This document shows, one piece after another, positions 50,013-59,886 of a stretch of 64,000 bases of DNA. Under the pieces are notes generated by a model. The model worked only from the letters and a program-made list of their open reading frames with translations, made no database searches and was not told the DNA's origin. This DNA is from Syntrophales bacterium (GTDB lineage Bacteria; Desulfobacterota; Syntrophia; Syntrophales; UBA2210): the NCBI GenBank assembly GCA_963662405.2, contig CAXXKT010000002.1:224001-288000 (forward strand), given 5' to 3'. The position numbers and the translations under genes are program-made. Positions within the stretch are counted from its first letter, which is position 1. The number at the start of each line of letters is the position of its first letter.

Positions 50013-51473
50013 CTAATAAGCATAGGGGTTTATCTTCTTCGCATGGATTTCTGCAATCAACTGCGAGAGTTTGGCGACTTCACGCTTCTGCTCCGGATAT
50101 TCGAATACACAAGCATGGGTGTCCAAATACGAGGTATCAAACTTCCCCTTCCGGAAATCCGGCTCATCACAAATTGCCAGGTAAAACGGTATGGTCGTCT
50201 TCGGACCGACAATCAAAAAGTCATTGAGCGCCCGCTTCAGGCGCTGCACCGCCTGTTCCCAGTTGTGTCCACGGACAGTCATTTTAACCAGGAGAGAATC
50301 GTATTCCGTCGGAATATTGTACCCCTGGTACGCAATCCCGTCGAGTCTGATGCCGGGGCCTCCCGGAGACTGGTAAACCTCTACCCGTTTTCCCCCTTCC
50401 GGCATGAAATCATTCTTGGGGTCTTCCGCATTCACCCGTACCTGGATGGCCTTCCCCAACAGGTGGAAACGCACCTCGGGGATATCCAGATGGGCCCCCT
50501 GAGCGATCATGATCTGCTCCCGCACGATATCGACACCGGTCAAGGCCTCGGTCACCGTATGTTCAACCTGAAGTCGCGTGTTCATCTCCATGAACCAGAA
50601 TTCGTTCGTGGCGGGATCAACCAGAAACTCGACGGTTCCCGCACTGACATACCCGGCCTTCCGGGCCGCAAGAACGGCTGTTTCACACATCGCGGTGAGG
50701 ACATCCTTCGGAAGATCGGCAGGAGCGATCTCTATCAGCTTCTGGTGTCTGCGCTGTATGGAACAATCCCGTGAGCCGAGGTGAATGACCTTCCCGTGCT
50801 GATCAGCCAGTATCTGGATCTCAACGTGACGAGGATTTTCGACACACTTTTCTATATAAATGTTCCCATCATTAAAGGCGTGGAGGGCCTCCAGTTTCGC
50901 CTGCGGTATCTGCGCAACCAGATCTTTGATATTCACTACTTTTCTAATGCCGCGTCCACCGCCACCGGAGGAGGCCTTCAGCATCAGGGGATACCCGTAC
51001 GTCTCGCCGAAGACGGTAGCCTCCCGCACTCCTTCCTCCCCTGGTGAGATATTACCAGTTCCCGGTATGACGGGGATCCCCGCCTTCTCCATGATTTCCC
51101 GCGCGACGATCTTGTTCCCCAAGTTATGCATTACATCAGGCGGAGGTCCGATAAAGGTAATCCCGGCATCCGCGCAGGCATTTGGAAAATCAGGATTTTC
51201 GGCAAGGAATCCGTATCCGGGGTGTATCGCATCGGCTCCACTCTTCCGGGCGGCCCAGATCATCCGATCGATATCGAGATAATCTTTTCTCGGACCAGCC
51301 CCAATCATGATGGCGTCATCCGCGAATCGAATAAAGAGCGCCTCCTTATCCGGATTTTCGTAAACAGCCACGGCCCCCAGGCCCAGTTCTCTGATCGTCC
51401 GAATCAGACGCAGTGCTATCTCACCCCTGTTGGCGACCAAAACCTTTTTTATCCTGTTTTCTGCCGTCGTCAT
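50013..51473 (-). CDS. pycA: Biotin carboxylase subunit
   Basis: ANRGEIA, HPGYGFLAEN, RDCSIQRRHQK and EMNTRLQVEH motifs. Confidence 0.9.
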   Translation of the reverse strand: MTTAENRIKKVLVANRGEIALRLIRTIRELGLGAVAVYENPDKEALFIRFADDAIMIGAGPRKDYLDIDRMIWAARKSGADAIHPGYGFLAENPDFPNACADAGITFIGPPPDVMHNLGNKIVAREIMEKAGIPVIPGTGNISPGEEGVREATVFGETYGYPLMLKASSGGGGRGIRKVVNIKDLVAQIPQAKLEALHAFNDGNIYIEKCVENPRHVEIQILADQHGKVIHLGSRDCSIQRRHQKLIEIAPADLPKDVLTAMCETAVLAARKAGYVSAGTVEFLVDPATNEFWFMEMNTRLQVEHTVTEALTGVDIVREQIMIAQGAHLDIPEVRFHLLGKAIQVRVNAEDPKNDFMPEGGKRVEVYQSPGGPGIRLDGIAYQGYNIPTEYDSLLVKMTVRGHNWEQAVQRLKRALNDFLIVGPKTTIPFYLAICDEPDFRKGKFDTSYLDTHACVFEYPEQKREVAKLSQLIAEIHAKKINPYAY

Positions 51474-51626
51474 GTGTAGTACCCTTCCAAGCCCAGTAAT
51501 AATGATAAGAAGTCGGGCATGCTATCTTCAAGATCAAATTATGTCAAGCAAATTGAGATCACGGCGGTTCCGAAAGGAGCATAAGGTCACGCCCCAGGGC
51601 CGCAGGATCCGCACGCGACGATCCCC

Positions 51627-52157
51627 TTACATCGTGTTTTTCAATTCATTCGCAAATGCGTCATATACATCCTGACTAAACAGGACAAATCTGACCAGCT
51701 CTATTTCCTGACGGTTCTTCACATAATCGATAGTGGTTTCGAGGGCAATATGCGCCGCCTCTTTCAGTGGATAACCGTATACTCCCGCACTGATCGCGGG
51801 GAAAGCGACGCTCTTCAATCCCTTTTCCGTCACCCTCTTGAGACTCTCTCGATAAGCGCTCCTCAGGAGATCGGCTTCCCCTTGGCCACCACCCCGATAC
51901 ACCGGTCCCACCGTGTGAATAACGGCGCGTGCCTTGAGATTCCCTCCTCCGGTCACCACCGCCTCCCCGGTGGGACAGGAACCGATCCGCCTGCACTCCT
52001 CCATGATGGAAGGTCCTCCCGCTCGATGGATAGCACCGTCAACACCCCCGCCGCCTCGGAGTCCCGAGTTTGCGGCATTGACGATGGCATCCGTCTCCTC
52101 CCGCGTGATATCTCCCCGTACGAGGGAGATCACCGTATTGTTGACTGTCAGCTCCAT
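51627..52157 (-). CDS. ymdB: Macrodomain O-acetyl-ADP-ribose deacetylase
   Basis: GDIT..DAIVNAANS.L.GGGGVDGAIH and FPAISAGVYGYP motifs. Confidence 0.9.
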   Translation of the reverse strand: MELTVNNTVISLVRGDITREETDAIVNAANSGLRGGGGVDGAIHRAGGPSIMEECRRIGSCPTGEAVVTGGGNLKARAVIHTVGPVYRGGGQGEADLLRSAYRESLKRVTEKGLKSVAFPAISAGVYGYPLKEAAHIALETTIDYVKNRQEIELVRFVLFSQDVYDAFANELKNTM

Positions 52158-52320
52158 CTTTGACCCTCCCCTATTTCGACCATATCACCAATGACTTCGC
52201 ATCTAGTATAACGACATGACCCGCAAAGTCAAACAGGGGGCGGGGACTTTTTTGTTGAAAACCGGCCTGCTCCATGGTAGCTACTCCTATCTTTTGCATC
52301 GACACTATCCGACGTATGGC

Positions 52321-52689
52321 ATGTATAAAACAGGGCTTGAGAAAACAACGGAAGAGATATTCCAGGAACGGGCCGATGTCCTGTATCGTACCGGTGAAGC
52401 CCTGTCCGAAGCCCTCCAGAAACTGACCTCCATCGAAAAGAGTGTTGACAGGATCATAGAAGATCTCAACACAGGTACTGAACACGAGAAATCGGGCACT
52501 CTCGGCACATTGTATGCGAGGGTAAACAGGGAGATATCCCGGTATAATAAGGCGCGGGAACACGCCAAACTGAGATATCACTATCTTATCATTACCCGAG
52601 AGGCCATGGGTATTCGGAGACATACCTGGGTGGATGAGGTGTACCGAATTCCTCCCCGAAAGCAACCGGTGGGCAAAACCTGTGAATAG
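52321..52689 (+). CDS. Hypothetical helical protein
   Basis: Coiled-coil-like ORF overlapping the pcm start; ends YLIITREAMGIRRH..YRIP. Confidence 0.7.
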   Translation: MYKTGLEKTTEEIFQERADVLYRTGEALSEALQKLTSIEKSVDRIIEDLNTGTEHEKSGTLGTLYARVNREISRYNKAREHAKLRYHYLIITREAMGIRRHTWVDEVYRIPPRKQPVGKTCE

Positions 52690-53335
52690 ATATAACAGAC
52701 AAAGAACTCGGATGATCGAAGCCCAGCTCAAGGGACGAGGCATCTCCGACGAGAGGGTGCTGAAGGCAATGGCCGCGGTCCCACGGCATCTCTTCGTGGA
52801 AGAGGGCCTCCAGGACCAGGCATATTCAGACAGCCCCCTTCCCATCGGTTCCAGGCAGACGATCTCCCAACCTTATATCGTGGCGCTGATGACCGAAGCC
52901 CTGGCACTGAGGGGAGACGAAAAGGTCCTGGAAATCGGGACCGGCTGCGGATATCAGACAGCTATCCTGGCGAAACTGGTTGAGCGGGTATTTTCGATCG
53001 AGAGGCTCGCCTCTCTGGCCTTCAAGGCTCAGCGGACACTGGACTCACTCCACTACTACAACGTCCTGATCAGGGTGGGAGACGGGACATACGGATGGAG
53101 TGAAGAGGCACCTTTCGAGGCGATCATCACCACCGCCGGAGCACCGATAATTCCCGCGACCCTGACGGGGCAACTGGCCGTCGGGGGACGACTGATCATT
53201 CCGGTCGGAACCAAAAGTTCGCAGACACTGGTCAAGATAACACGCCGCTCCGCAGAAAAGGATGATTTCAAAACGGAAGATATCTGCGGCTGTCGCTTTG
53301 TCTCTCTTATAGGGGAACACGGATGGAAGGATTGA
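52682..53335 (+). CDS. pcm: Protein-L-isoaspartate O-methyltransferase
   Basis: VPRHLFV, QTISQPYIVA and LEIGTGCGYQ motifs. Confidence 0.96.
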   Translation: MNRYNRQRTRMIEAQLKGRGISDERVLKAMAAVPRHLFVEEGLQDQAYSDSPLPIGSRQTISQPYIVALMTEALALRGDEKVLEIGTGCGYQTAILAKLVERVFSIERLASLAFKAQRTLDSLHYYNVLIRVGDGTYGWSEEAPFEAIITTAGAPIIPATLTGQLAVGGRLIIPVGTKSSQTLVKITRRSAEKDDFKTEDICGCRFVSLIGEHGWKD

Positions 53336-53343
53336 GGTAGGAT

Positions 53344-53925
53344 ATGCTGAGAAGACTGTACGACTGGGTCCTCAGCTGGGCTGAAACGCCGTACGGGACA
53401 TGGGCGCTTTTTCTCCTCGCCCTGGCCGAGTCCAGCTTCTTCCCGATACCGCCCGATGTCCTGCTGATCGCCCTGGCAATATCAATCCCGGCAAGAGCCT
53501 TCCGGTACGCCCTGATCTGTGCGGCGGGTTCGCTCCTCGGGGGCGTGGGAGGATACGCGATCGGATACCAATTCATGGATCTGATCGGGATGAGAATCGT
53601 CGAGTTTTATGGGGTTACACAGCAATACGACGCAGTCGGCAACCTGTATGATCGCTATAATGCGTGGGCCGTCGGGATCGCCGGTTTTACGCCCATCCCT
53701 TACAAGGTCTTTACCATATCGGCAGGCGCCTTCAAGATCAACTTTCTGATTTTCTTCATTGCCTCGGCGATCAGCAGGTCGGCTCGCTTTTTCCTGGTCG
53801 GGTGGCTGATCTATGCGTTCGGGCCGGAGATCAGACAATTTATCGATCGATATTTCAATATCCTCGCTGTTCTTTTTGTCGTGCTCCTTATCGGGGGTTT
53901 CATCATCATTAAATATGTGTTATGA
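53344..53925 (+). CDS. YqaA/DedA (VTT) family membrane protein
   Basis: AESSFFPIPPDVLL and TPIPYKVFTI motifs. Confidence 0.9.
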   Translation: MLRRLYDWVLSWAETPYGTWALFLLALAESSFFPIPPDVLLIALAISIPARAFRYALICAAGSLLGGVGGYAIGYQFMDLIGMRIVEFYGVTQQYDAVGNLYDRYNAWAVGIAGFTPIPYKVFTISAGAFKINFLIFFIASAISRSARFFLVGWLIYAFGPEIRQFIDRYFNILAVLFVVLLIGGFIIIKYVL

Positions 53926-53935
53926 GCGGGGCGCT

Positions 53936-54793
53936 ATGGAACGAAATAAAATTCTTCTCATCTTGTTCGTTACGTTGTTTGTCACCTCTTTCGTCACCGG
54001 TTGCGTCACCACGCCTCAGACCGGCGGCGGGGTCTATCATATTGTCAAAAAAGGAGAAACCCTGTGGCGTATAGCCCGGGCCTATAACACCACTCCCGAT
54101 GAGCTATCCACAGCAAACAACCTCCCCGATACCACCATAGAGGCAGGGGGGGTACTCTTTATTCCCCATGCAACGAAATCCATCGATATCGCACCCGAGG
54201 CGCCTTCGGTTGCACCCGACGAACCGGTGGAGATAAAGAAGCACATCGTTCATGAAGAAGACCTGGGACCAACACGAGGGGAAAAATCGCCTGCCCCGAT
54301 CGCAACCCAGGGAAAGACTACGGGTGCCCTCATCCCCTCAGCCAGGGGGAAAATCGCTCCTCCCGCCGCAGCTTCGGGAAAGAGCGCCACGAAGTCCTCC
54401 CCTCAACCAAAGACGGCACGCGCCCGCTTTATCTGGCCGGTCGATGGTTCATTATCCTCAAGATTCGGCACATATAAAGGGATACGGCATAATGGAATCA
54501 AAATAGCTGCCTCCGAAGGAACACCGGTCCGGTCCGCCGCTAAGGGAACCGTGACCTTCGCGGCCCCCATGAAATATTTCGGGGAAACGGTCATCATCAA
54601 ACATAACGACATCTACTCGACCGTGTACTCCCATCTCAAGAAACGGACAGTCCGCCCGGGAGCCACGGTGAAACAGGGTGACAAAATCGGTCTCCTGGGG
54701 AAAGGAGAAGATGGAACAGCCTGTCTTTATTTTGAGATGCGTCGCAACAATAGGGCAAGCGACCCCCTTCGTTACCTTCCCAAAAAGGAATAA
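53936..54793 (+). CDS. nlpD: LysM/M23 lipoprotein (NlpD-like)
   Basis: Lipobox VTGC, LysM (HIVKKGETLWRIA) and a degenerate M23 domain; pcm-yqaA-nlpD context. Confidence 0.8.
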   Translation: MERNKILLILFVTLFVTSFVTGCVTTPQTGGGVYHIVKKGETLWRIARAYNTTPDELSTANNLPDTTIEAGGVLFIPHATKSIDIAPEAPSVAPDEPVEIKKHIVHEEDLGPTRGEKSPAPIATQGKTTGALIPSARGKIAPPAAASGKSATKSSPQPKTARARFIWPVDGSLSSRFGTYKGIRHNGIKIAASEGTPVRSAAKGTVTFAAPMKYFGETVIIKHNDIYSTVYSHLKKRTVRPGATVKQGDKIGLLGKGEDGTACLYFEMRRNNRASDPLRYLPKKE

Positions 54794-54802
54794 GGAGTCC
54801 CC

Positions 54803-55471
54803 ATGAATCTCGGCAGCGATATCTATGTATACGAATGGACAAGCACTTTTGAAAATAACTGTAACAGCTTCTTCATCGGAGGAGATGTCCGGGCATTGAT
54901 AGATCCGGGTCTGAAGATTTTCCTCCCCGATCTCTTCAAAAGGATGGGAGAAGACGGGATAGATCCCGGTACCATTCAGTATGTGATCAATACCCATTCA
55001 CATCCCGATCATTTTGAGGGATCCGCGTCTTTCACCGACAATACGAAAATCCGGATAGGCATGCACCGGGACGGCATCGCCTTCCTGAATGATATCGGAG
55101 GACACATGTATGGGATGTTCGGAATGGACGTGCCGAAGGTCGACATTAACATGGAGCTGGAGGAAGGACCGCTCGATCTCGGGGGAGAAACATTCAGAAT
55201 TCTGCATACACCCGGACATTCACCCGGATCGATTTCCCTGTATTGGCCCTCCCGAAAAGCACTCTTCCCGGGGGATGTGATCTTCGAGCAAAACATCGGG
55301 AGAACGGACTTTCCCGGAGGAAGCGGCGCTCAGCTCAAGGAAAGCATCGTTACATTGTCGCGGCTTGATGTCGACTATCTCCTCCCCGGGCATATGGGAA
55401 TTATTGTCGGAAACGAACAGGTAAAACAAAACTTCCGCCTGGTCATAGAACGCATCTTTCCCTACATATAA
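54803..55471 (+). CDS. MBL-fold metallo-hydrolase
   Basis: THSHPDH, HTPGHSPG, GD and LPGH motifs. Confidence 0.92.
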   Translation: MNLGSDIYVYEWTSTFENNCNSFFIGGDVRALIDPGLKIFLPDLFKRMGEDGIDPGTIQYVINTHSHPDHFEGSASFTDNTKIRIGMHRDGIAFLNDIGGHMYGMFGMDVPKVDINMELEEGPLDLGGETFRILHTPGHSPGSISLYWPSRKALFPGDVIFEQNIGRTDFPGGSGAQLKESIVTLSRLDVDYLLPGHMGIIVGNEQVKQNFRLVIERIFPYI

Positions 55472-55477
55472 AGAACT

Positions 55478-56455
55478 TTATATCGAATCCAGGACATAGG
55501 CAAAGATCAGGGGCACCACGATAGTGGCGTCCGATTCGACGATGTAGCTCGGTGTATCGGCGGCGATCTTTTCCCAGGTTATCTTTTCATTCGGCACGGC
55601 CCCGGAATAGGACCCGTAGCTGGTCGTGGAATCGCTGATCTGACAGAAATAGCTCCAGAGCGGTATCTTCTTCAGTCCCATATCCTGCCGCAGCATCGGG
55701 ACCACACAGATGGGGAAATCGCCCGCGATCCCCCCCCCTATCTGGAAAAACCCGATCGGCTGTTTGCTCGACACTTTCCGGTACCACTGCGCCAGGGACA
55801 TCATATACTCAACCCCCCCACGCACGGTATGCACATGCCGGATATTTTTCCTAAGACAGTGCGAAGCATATATGTTTCCAAGGGTGGAATCTTCCCACCC
55901 GGGGACAAAAATAGGGAGATTCTTTTCGGCGGCGGCGAGGAGCCAGCTGTCGGCGGGGTCGATCTGATACGGCTCGAATCGTCCTTCACGGAGGAGACGA
56001 TAAAAAAACTCATGCGGGAAAAAACGCTCTCCCTCACGATCCGCCTCCTTCCACACCTCCAGCATTTTATGCTCAATACACCTCATTGCCTCTTCCTCAG
56101 GAATGCAGGTGTCGGTCACCCGATTCAACTGACGCTCCAACAGACTCTGCTCGTCGGACGGAGTAAGATCACGGTAGTGCGGGATTCGTACATAGTAATC
56201 ATGCGCTACCAGGTTGAAGACATCTTCTTCCAGATTCGCACCCGTACACGTGATCGCATGAACCTTTTCTCGGCGTATCATCTCGGCCAAAGAGAGACCG
56301 ATTTCAGCAGTACTCATAGCGCCGGCGATCGTCATGAACATGCATCCGCCGGATGAGATAAGTTCCCGGTATCCCTCCGCTGCATCGACCAGTGCTGCGG
56401 CATTAAAATGCCTGAAATGGTGTATGATAAAGTCTTTAATATGTCCTGTCTTCAT
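55478..56455 (-). CDS. Deoxyhypusine synthase-like protein
   Basis: AGAMSTAE, TGANLEED, IGGGIAGDF, SYSGAVPNEKITWEK and ESDATIV motifs. Confidence 0.9.
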   Translation of the reverse strand: MKTGHIKDFIIHHFRHFNAAALVDAAEGYRELISSGGCMFMTIAGAMSTAEIGLSLAEMIRREKVHAITCTGANLEEDVFNLVAHDYYVRIPHYRDLTPSDEQSLLERQLNRVTDTCIPEEEAMRCIEHKMLEVWKEADREGERFFPHEFFYRLLREGRFEPYQIDPADSWLLAAAEKNLPIFVPGWEDSTLGNIYASHCLRKNIRHVHTVRGGVEYMMSLAQWYRKVSSKQPIGFFQIGGGIAGDFPICVVPMLRQDMGLKKIPLWSYFCQISDSTTSYGSYSGAVPNEKITWEKIAADTPSYIVESDATIVVPLIFAYVLDSI

Positions 56456-56942
56456 AGTCTTCCAGCCGTCTTTCCTCTTTTGAGATTCTATCTAGCACAA
56501 TTTTTTCCCAAACACCATATTTCTCAAGCAAAAGGAGCGGTAAGGATGCTTGATATATCCCCTCTTTCAGGTGCATTCCTGAAGAGGCCGATGGGAAGGT
56601 GTCTTGATGAAAAATCGTCACCCCTTCTCCCCCGCGTGCTATACAGGGATTCCTTCCACAATGTCGCACCGCTCTCACTTCCACCCGCAGGTCATAACTC
56701 TCTCCGCTATCTTCATCGGAAGGATGAAACTGAATAGTCTTGTGGGATATCATCGGGGTGTCCTCGACACCATTCAGCGTTCGAGAACCGCGATCAACCA
56801 TCACCGTATCGATAGGTGTCTTCGCCCCCCCCGGCCGGGGGGGGCGATCGGAAAAAATCAGATCGAAATCTTCAGGGCGCCCAAACGCCGCTTCAATCTC
56901 CACAACAGCATGCAACTCAAAGGAGTTCTCGCCCTGGATCAA
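56436..56942 (-). CDS. Possible hypothetical protein or gene remnant
   Basis: 168-aa ORF with no RBS, starting right after a terminator; first ~95 aa look protein-like. Confidence 0.3.
   Translation of the reverse strand: MIQGENSFELHAVVEIEAAFGRPEDFDLIFSDRPPRPGGAKTPIDTVMVDRGSRTLNGVEDTPMISHKTIQFHPSDEDSGESYDLRVEVRAVRHCGRNPCIARGGEGVTIFHQDTFPSASSGMHLKEGIYQASLPLLLLEKYGVWEKIVLDRISKEERRLEDYEDRTY
56822..56847. repeat. Perfect 26-bp palindrome TCG-C8-GGCC-G8-CGA
   Basis: Read directly from the sequence. Confidence 0.85.
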
Positions 56943-56952
56943 ATCGAAGCGT

Positions 56953-56985
56953 AAAAAAAATGTCCCTCCCCGAAGGGAGGGACAT
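56953..56985 (-). terminator. Rho-independent terminator after the crotonase gene
   Basis: 11-bp perfect stem, C(UUCG)G tetraloop and U tract on the minus strand. Confidence 0.92.
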
Positions 56986-57013
56986 ACAGCTTTACGTGTT
57001 GATATCCCTACGA

Positions 57014-57796
57014 TCAGCGTCCCTTGAACTCGGGGGCCCTTTTTTCCAGGAAGGCCTTCGCCCCTTCCTTGAAGTCCTCGGTGTACTGCAGCGCCTTACT
57101 GGCCCCCATCTCGACCTCGAATACACCCGTTCTGAGATCAGTTTCCAGTCCAAGCCTGACGGCCTTCATGATCTCACGCTGTGCAACCGGTGCTCCAGCC
57201 GCGAGTTTCTTCGCCAGTTTCTTCGCCGTTTCCAAGACCTGTGCCTGGGGAACAACCTTATTGAGCAGCCCCAGGCCCAAGGCCTCCGTCGAGGGCATGA
57301 AGTTACCCGTCAGCATCAGCTCCAGGGCCTTCGTCTTGCCGATAAAACGCGGGAGACGCTGAGTACCACCCCAACCGGGGTTAAGACCGAGCTTCACTTC
57401 CGGAAGACCAAGGGTTGCCTCTTCGGCCATGATTCTCAGGTGACAGCAACAGGCCAGCTCAAGACCACCGCCGTAAGCGCCACCCTGCATTGCGGCGATA
57501 ATGACCTTCGGATATTCCTCGATCTTGAAATAGATCTCATTGCCGTTGTACTCGGGAACCTTCCCCTTCTGGAGATCCGCAAACTCGGTAATATCCGCAC
57601 CGGCGGAAAAGAGTTTGTCTCCGGTACCGGTCAGAATGATAACGCGGACGTTATCGTCATTTTCGCATTTGTCGAGCAGATCGTTGATATCTCTCAAAAC
57701 ACCCTGCCCCATCGAATTTGCCGGCGGATGGTTGATCGCCGCTACTACCACCATACCGTCCTGCTCTACCGTCAACTTCTCGTACTCGTAAACCAT
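57014..57796 (-). CDS. Enoyl-CoA hydratase / crotonase family
   Basis: FSAGADI, GGGLELA and LPEVKLGLNPGWGGTQRLPR motifs. Confidence 0.93.
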   Translation of the reverse strand: MVYEYEKLTVEQDGMVVVAAINHPPANSMGQGVLRDINDLLDKCENDDNVRVIILTGTGDKLFSAGADITEFADLQKGKVPEYNGNEIYFKIEEYPKVIIAAMQGGAYGGGLELACCCHLRIMAEEATLGLPEVKLGLNPGWGGTQRLPRFIGKTKALELMLTGNFMPSTEALGLGLLNKVVPQAQVLETAKKLAKKLAAGAPVAQREIMKAVRLGLETDLRTGVFEVEMGASKALQYTEDFKEGAKAFLEKRAPEFKGR

Positions 57797-58034
57797 GTTA
57801 TTCCTCCTTACCCTTTTTCATAATGTGCCCTTTTCCGGACAGTACTCTTTGGATAAAATAACGTGAATACACCTGGGAGAAAGGGATAACCCACCGTAAA
57901 CTCCCCCATCTGCTTTGCGCATCTCACTTCATACACGAAGAGAGATATTTGTCAATGGTTAGTTTTATTTTGGCTGTACGAAAGTCGCGAAGGGCTTTCC
58001 TCTTTTGTTCTTCGTTTCCTGTGTTTCAGTGATC

Positions 58035-58757
58035 TTACAACATATTTCGAGGGCTGCACGATCTCAAATGGCGGTACATCCCATACGCGTAGAGGAGGAT
58101 AAAGAAAGCAATCAGGCATTCCTTCAATTCCCCGGAGTCGTTCCCGAGCATCAGCCATTGAGGGGTTTCAGAGAATACCCGTTCCGCGATTTTTTCAGGG
58201 ACCGAAACGATGTTTGCCACAACCGCGACGAACAGGGTGCTTCCGGAAGGGATTAACCGGCGCACCGACGCGTTTTTCGGCCAGGAGAGTTTGCGGTCGG
58301 CAACACAACCCAGCACACCGCCGATAACAATGCCGATCGACAGGAGCTGCCGCGGGACCTTATCGAACAGGATTTCAAAGGTTCCCGTAAGATTGTGCAG
58401 ATTCGGTTCCTGCTGGTCATTCAGGGCAACCAGGTCCGCGTCGATATCATAGTGGAAAAAATGATACCCCCAACTGATTTCTTCCCCCAGGAAATAGATC
58501 GCGCCCACTGCGAGGATCAAGAGCCATCCCTTCTCCCAGGGCGTTTCTGTCTTCTTCAGACACACCAGGAAAAGAATAACCGCCACCAGGAGCATCAGGG
58601 CGGTTACATTCTCGATGAGCCCGTATTCCCTGTACACCCCTCCTCCGCCGGTTATCGAACGGACGTGCGCAAAATAGGTATACACCCACAGGAAAAGCGT
58701 GATCCCATAGACAACCCATGGGGGGAAATACGCTCTCTTTCTCATACTCTCTCCCAT
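58035..58757 (-). CDS. Hypothetical multi-pass membrane protein
   Basis: Several TM helices; EYGLIENVT, GEEISWG and NDQQEPNLHN motifs. Confidence 0.75.
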   Translation of the reverse strand: MGESMRKRAYFPPWVVYGITLFLWVYTYFAHVRSITGGGGVYREYGLIENVTALMLLVAVILFLVCLKKTETPWEKGWLLILAVGAIYFLGEEISWGYHFFHYDIDADLVALNDQQEPNLHNLTGTFEILFDKVPRQLLSIGIVIGGVLGCVADRKLSWPKNASVRRLIPSGSTLFVAVVANIVSVPEKIAERVFSETPQWLMLGNDSGELKECLIAFFILLYAYGMYRHLRSCSPRNML

Positions 58758-58829
58758 ATCCTCTCAGCATCATGTCATACAAACAGGCATCCTTGTTTCA
58801 CTGTGCGATTCCGATGCGATCGGCAAAGC

Positions 58830-59132
58830 TCACTCACCGATAATCTTCACGAGGACCCGTTTTTTTCGCCTTCCATCGAACTCACCGTAGAAGATCTGTT
58901 CCCAAGGACCGAAATCGATCCGTCCCTCCGTGACGGCCGCGACGACCTCCCGCCCCATGACCTGGCGTTTCAGATGGGCATCTCCGTTGTCCTCCCCCGT
59001 CCGGTTGTGGAGATACCCCGAGACCGGCTCATGAGGGGCAAGCCCCTCCAGCCACCGCTCATAATCCTGGTGGAGCCCGGACTCGTCGTCGTTGATGAAG
59101 ACCGACGCCGTGATGTGCATGGCGTTTACCAA
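58830..59132 (-). pseudogene. yjbQ: YjbQ/UPF0047 protein, 5'-truncated by island insertion
   Basis: Begins mid-protein at [20 protein letters not shown] and contains NGDAHLK and [15 protein letters not shown]. Roughly 40 N-terminal residues are missing. Confidence 0.88.
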
Positions 59133-59192
59133 ATAAAACTAGTTATGGCATAGGCTATAGGATTACAGGCCTTCCTTTAGCTATGGAGAGCT

Positions 59193-59216
59193 AAAGGCCG
59201 ATTTCCGGCCTTTTTT
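59193..59216 (+). terminator. Terminator-like hairpin at island left end
   Basis: AAAGGCCG-atttc-CGGCCTTT followed by TTT. Confidence 0.55.
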
Positions 59217-59250
59217 CCACTGACAACACCCGTAAAGGCGATATTTTTAT

Positions 59251-59517
59251 ATGGTAAGAACGAAGCAAAGTCAAGCTATCAGTGAAGAAGCGGTAGGGGA
59301 TACCCCCCCGGCACCGAAGATCAGGCGCAGGAAATTGAAGACCCTTGCTGATCTGTCCCGGTTCATGTCCAGTTTAATCAATGACACCCGGTGCGGTGAT
59401 GTTGATCCTGCATTGGCCAGTAAGTTGGCTTACATGACAAACATCCTCAAATCCATTATCAGCGAGGCTGATATCGAAACCCGGTTGGCGGCGTTAGAAA
59501 AAGAGATGCAAAAATAA
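59251..59517 (+). CDS. Hypothetical helical protein (phage/satellite-like)
   Basis: 88 aa; basic patch KIRRRK, helical core and C-terminal IETRLAALEKE. Confidence 0.7.
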   Translation: MVRTKQSQAISEEAVGDTPPAPKIRRRKLKTLADLSRFMSSLINDTRCGDVDPALASKLAYMTNILKSIISEADIETRLAALEKEMQK

Positions 59518-59535
59518 AACGAAAGGAGAAGATCA

Positions 59536-59883
59536 ATGTCAAAGAAAAGCAGAATCGAGGATCTGGAACAAAGGTATGAGAAAGATTCAGACGTGATCAC
59601 GGGTGTGCAGTGGTTTGGCCCAACTCAGATCATGGTTGACGGCGTGATGTATTCATCCCTTGAAGACATTCCGGAAGACCTGAGGGAGAAATATCCAAAC
59701 CTCGGCACCGAAGATCCCGAAAAAGCCGAAAGCCTTTATCAGCAACTTGCACCCTTCCGGGAGGCGTGCGCAAAATTTCCACGGTTTAAGGCAGAGCACC
59801 CGGCAGAGTTTGCCCGATCGCAGGAATTAACAGAGAAACATGAAACCTACGTAAAACAAAATCAAATAACAGAAGGAGAATGA
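59536..59883 (+). CDS. Hypothetical protein
   Basis: AAGGAG RBS; starts MSKKSRIEDLEQR. Confidence 0.75.
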   Translation: MSKKSRIEDLEQRYEKDSDVITGVQWFGPTQIMVDGVMYSSLEDIPEDLREKYPNLGTEDPEKAESLYQQLAPFREACAKFPRFKAEHPAEFARSQELTEKHETYVKQNQITEGE

Positions 59884-59886
59884 AAA

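Noticed and set aside
57959..59141. Inverted pair TAGTTTTATTT(T)GG at ~57960 and ~59129-59141 as IS ends
   Set aside because: Short, AT-rich and imperfect, with no transposase between them; likely chance.
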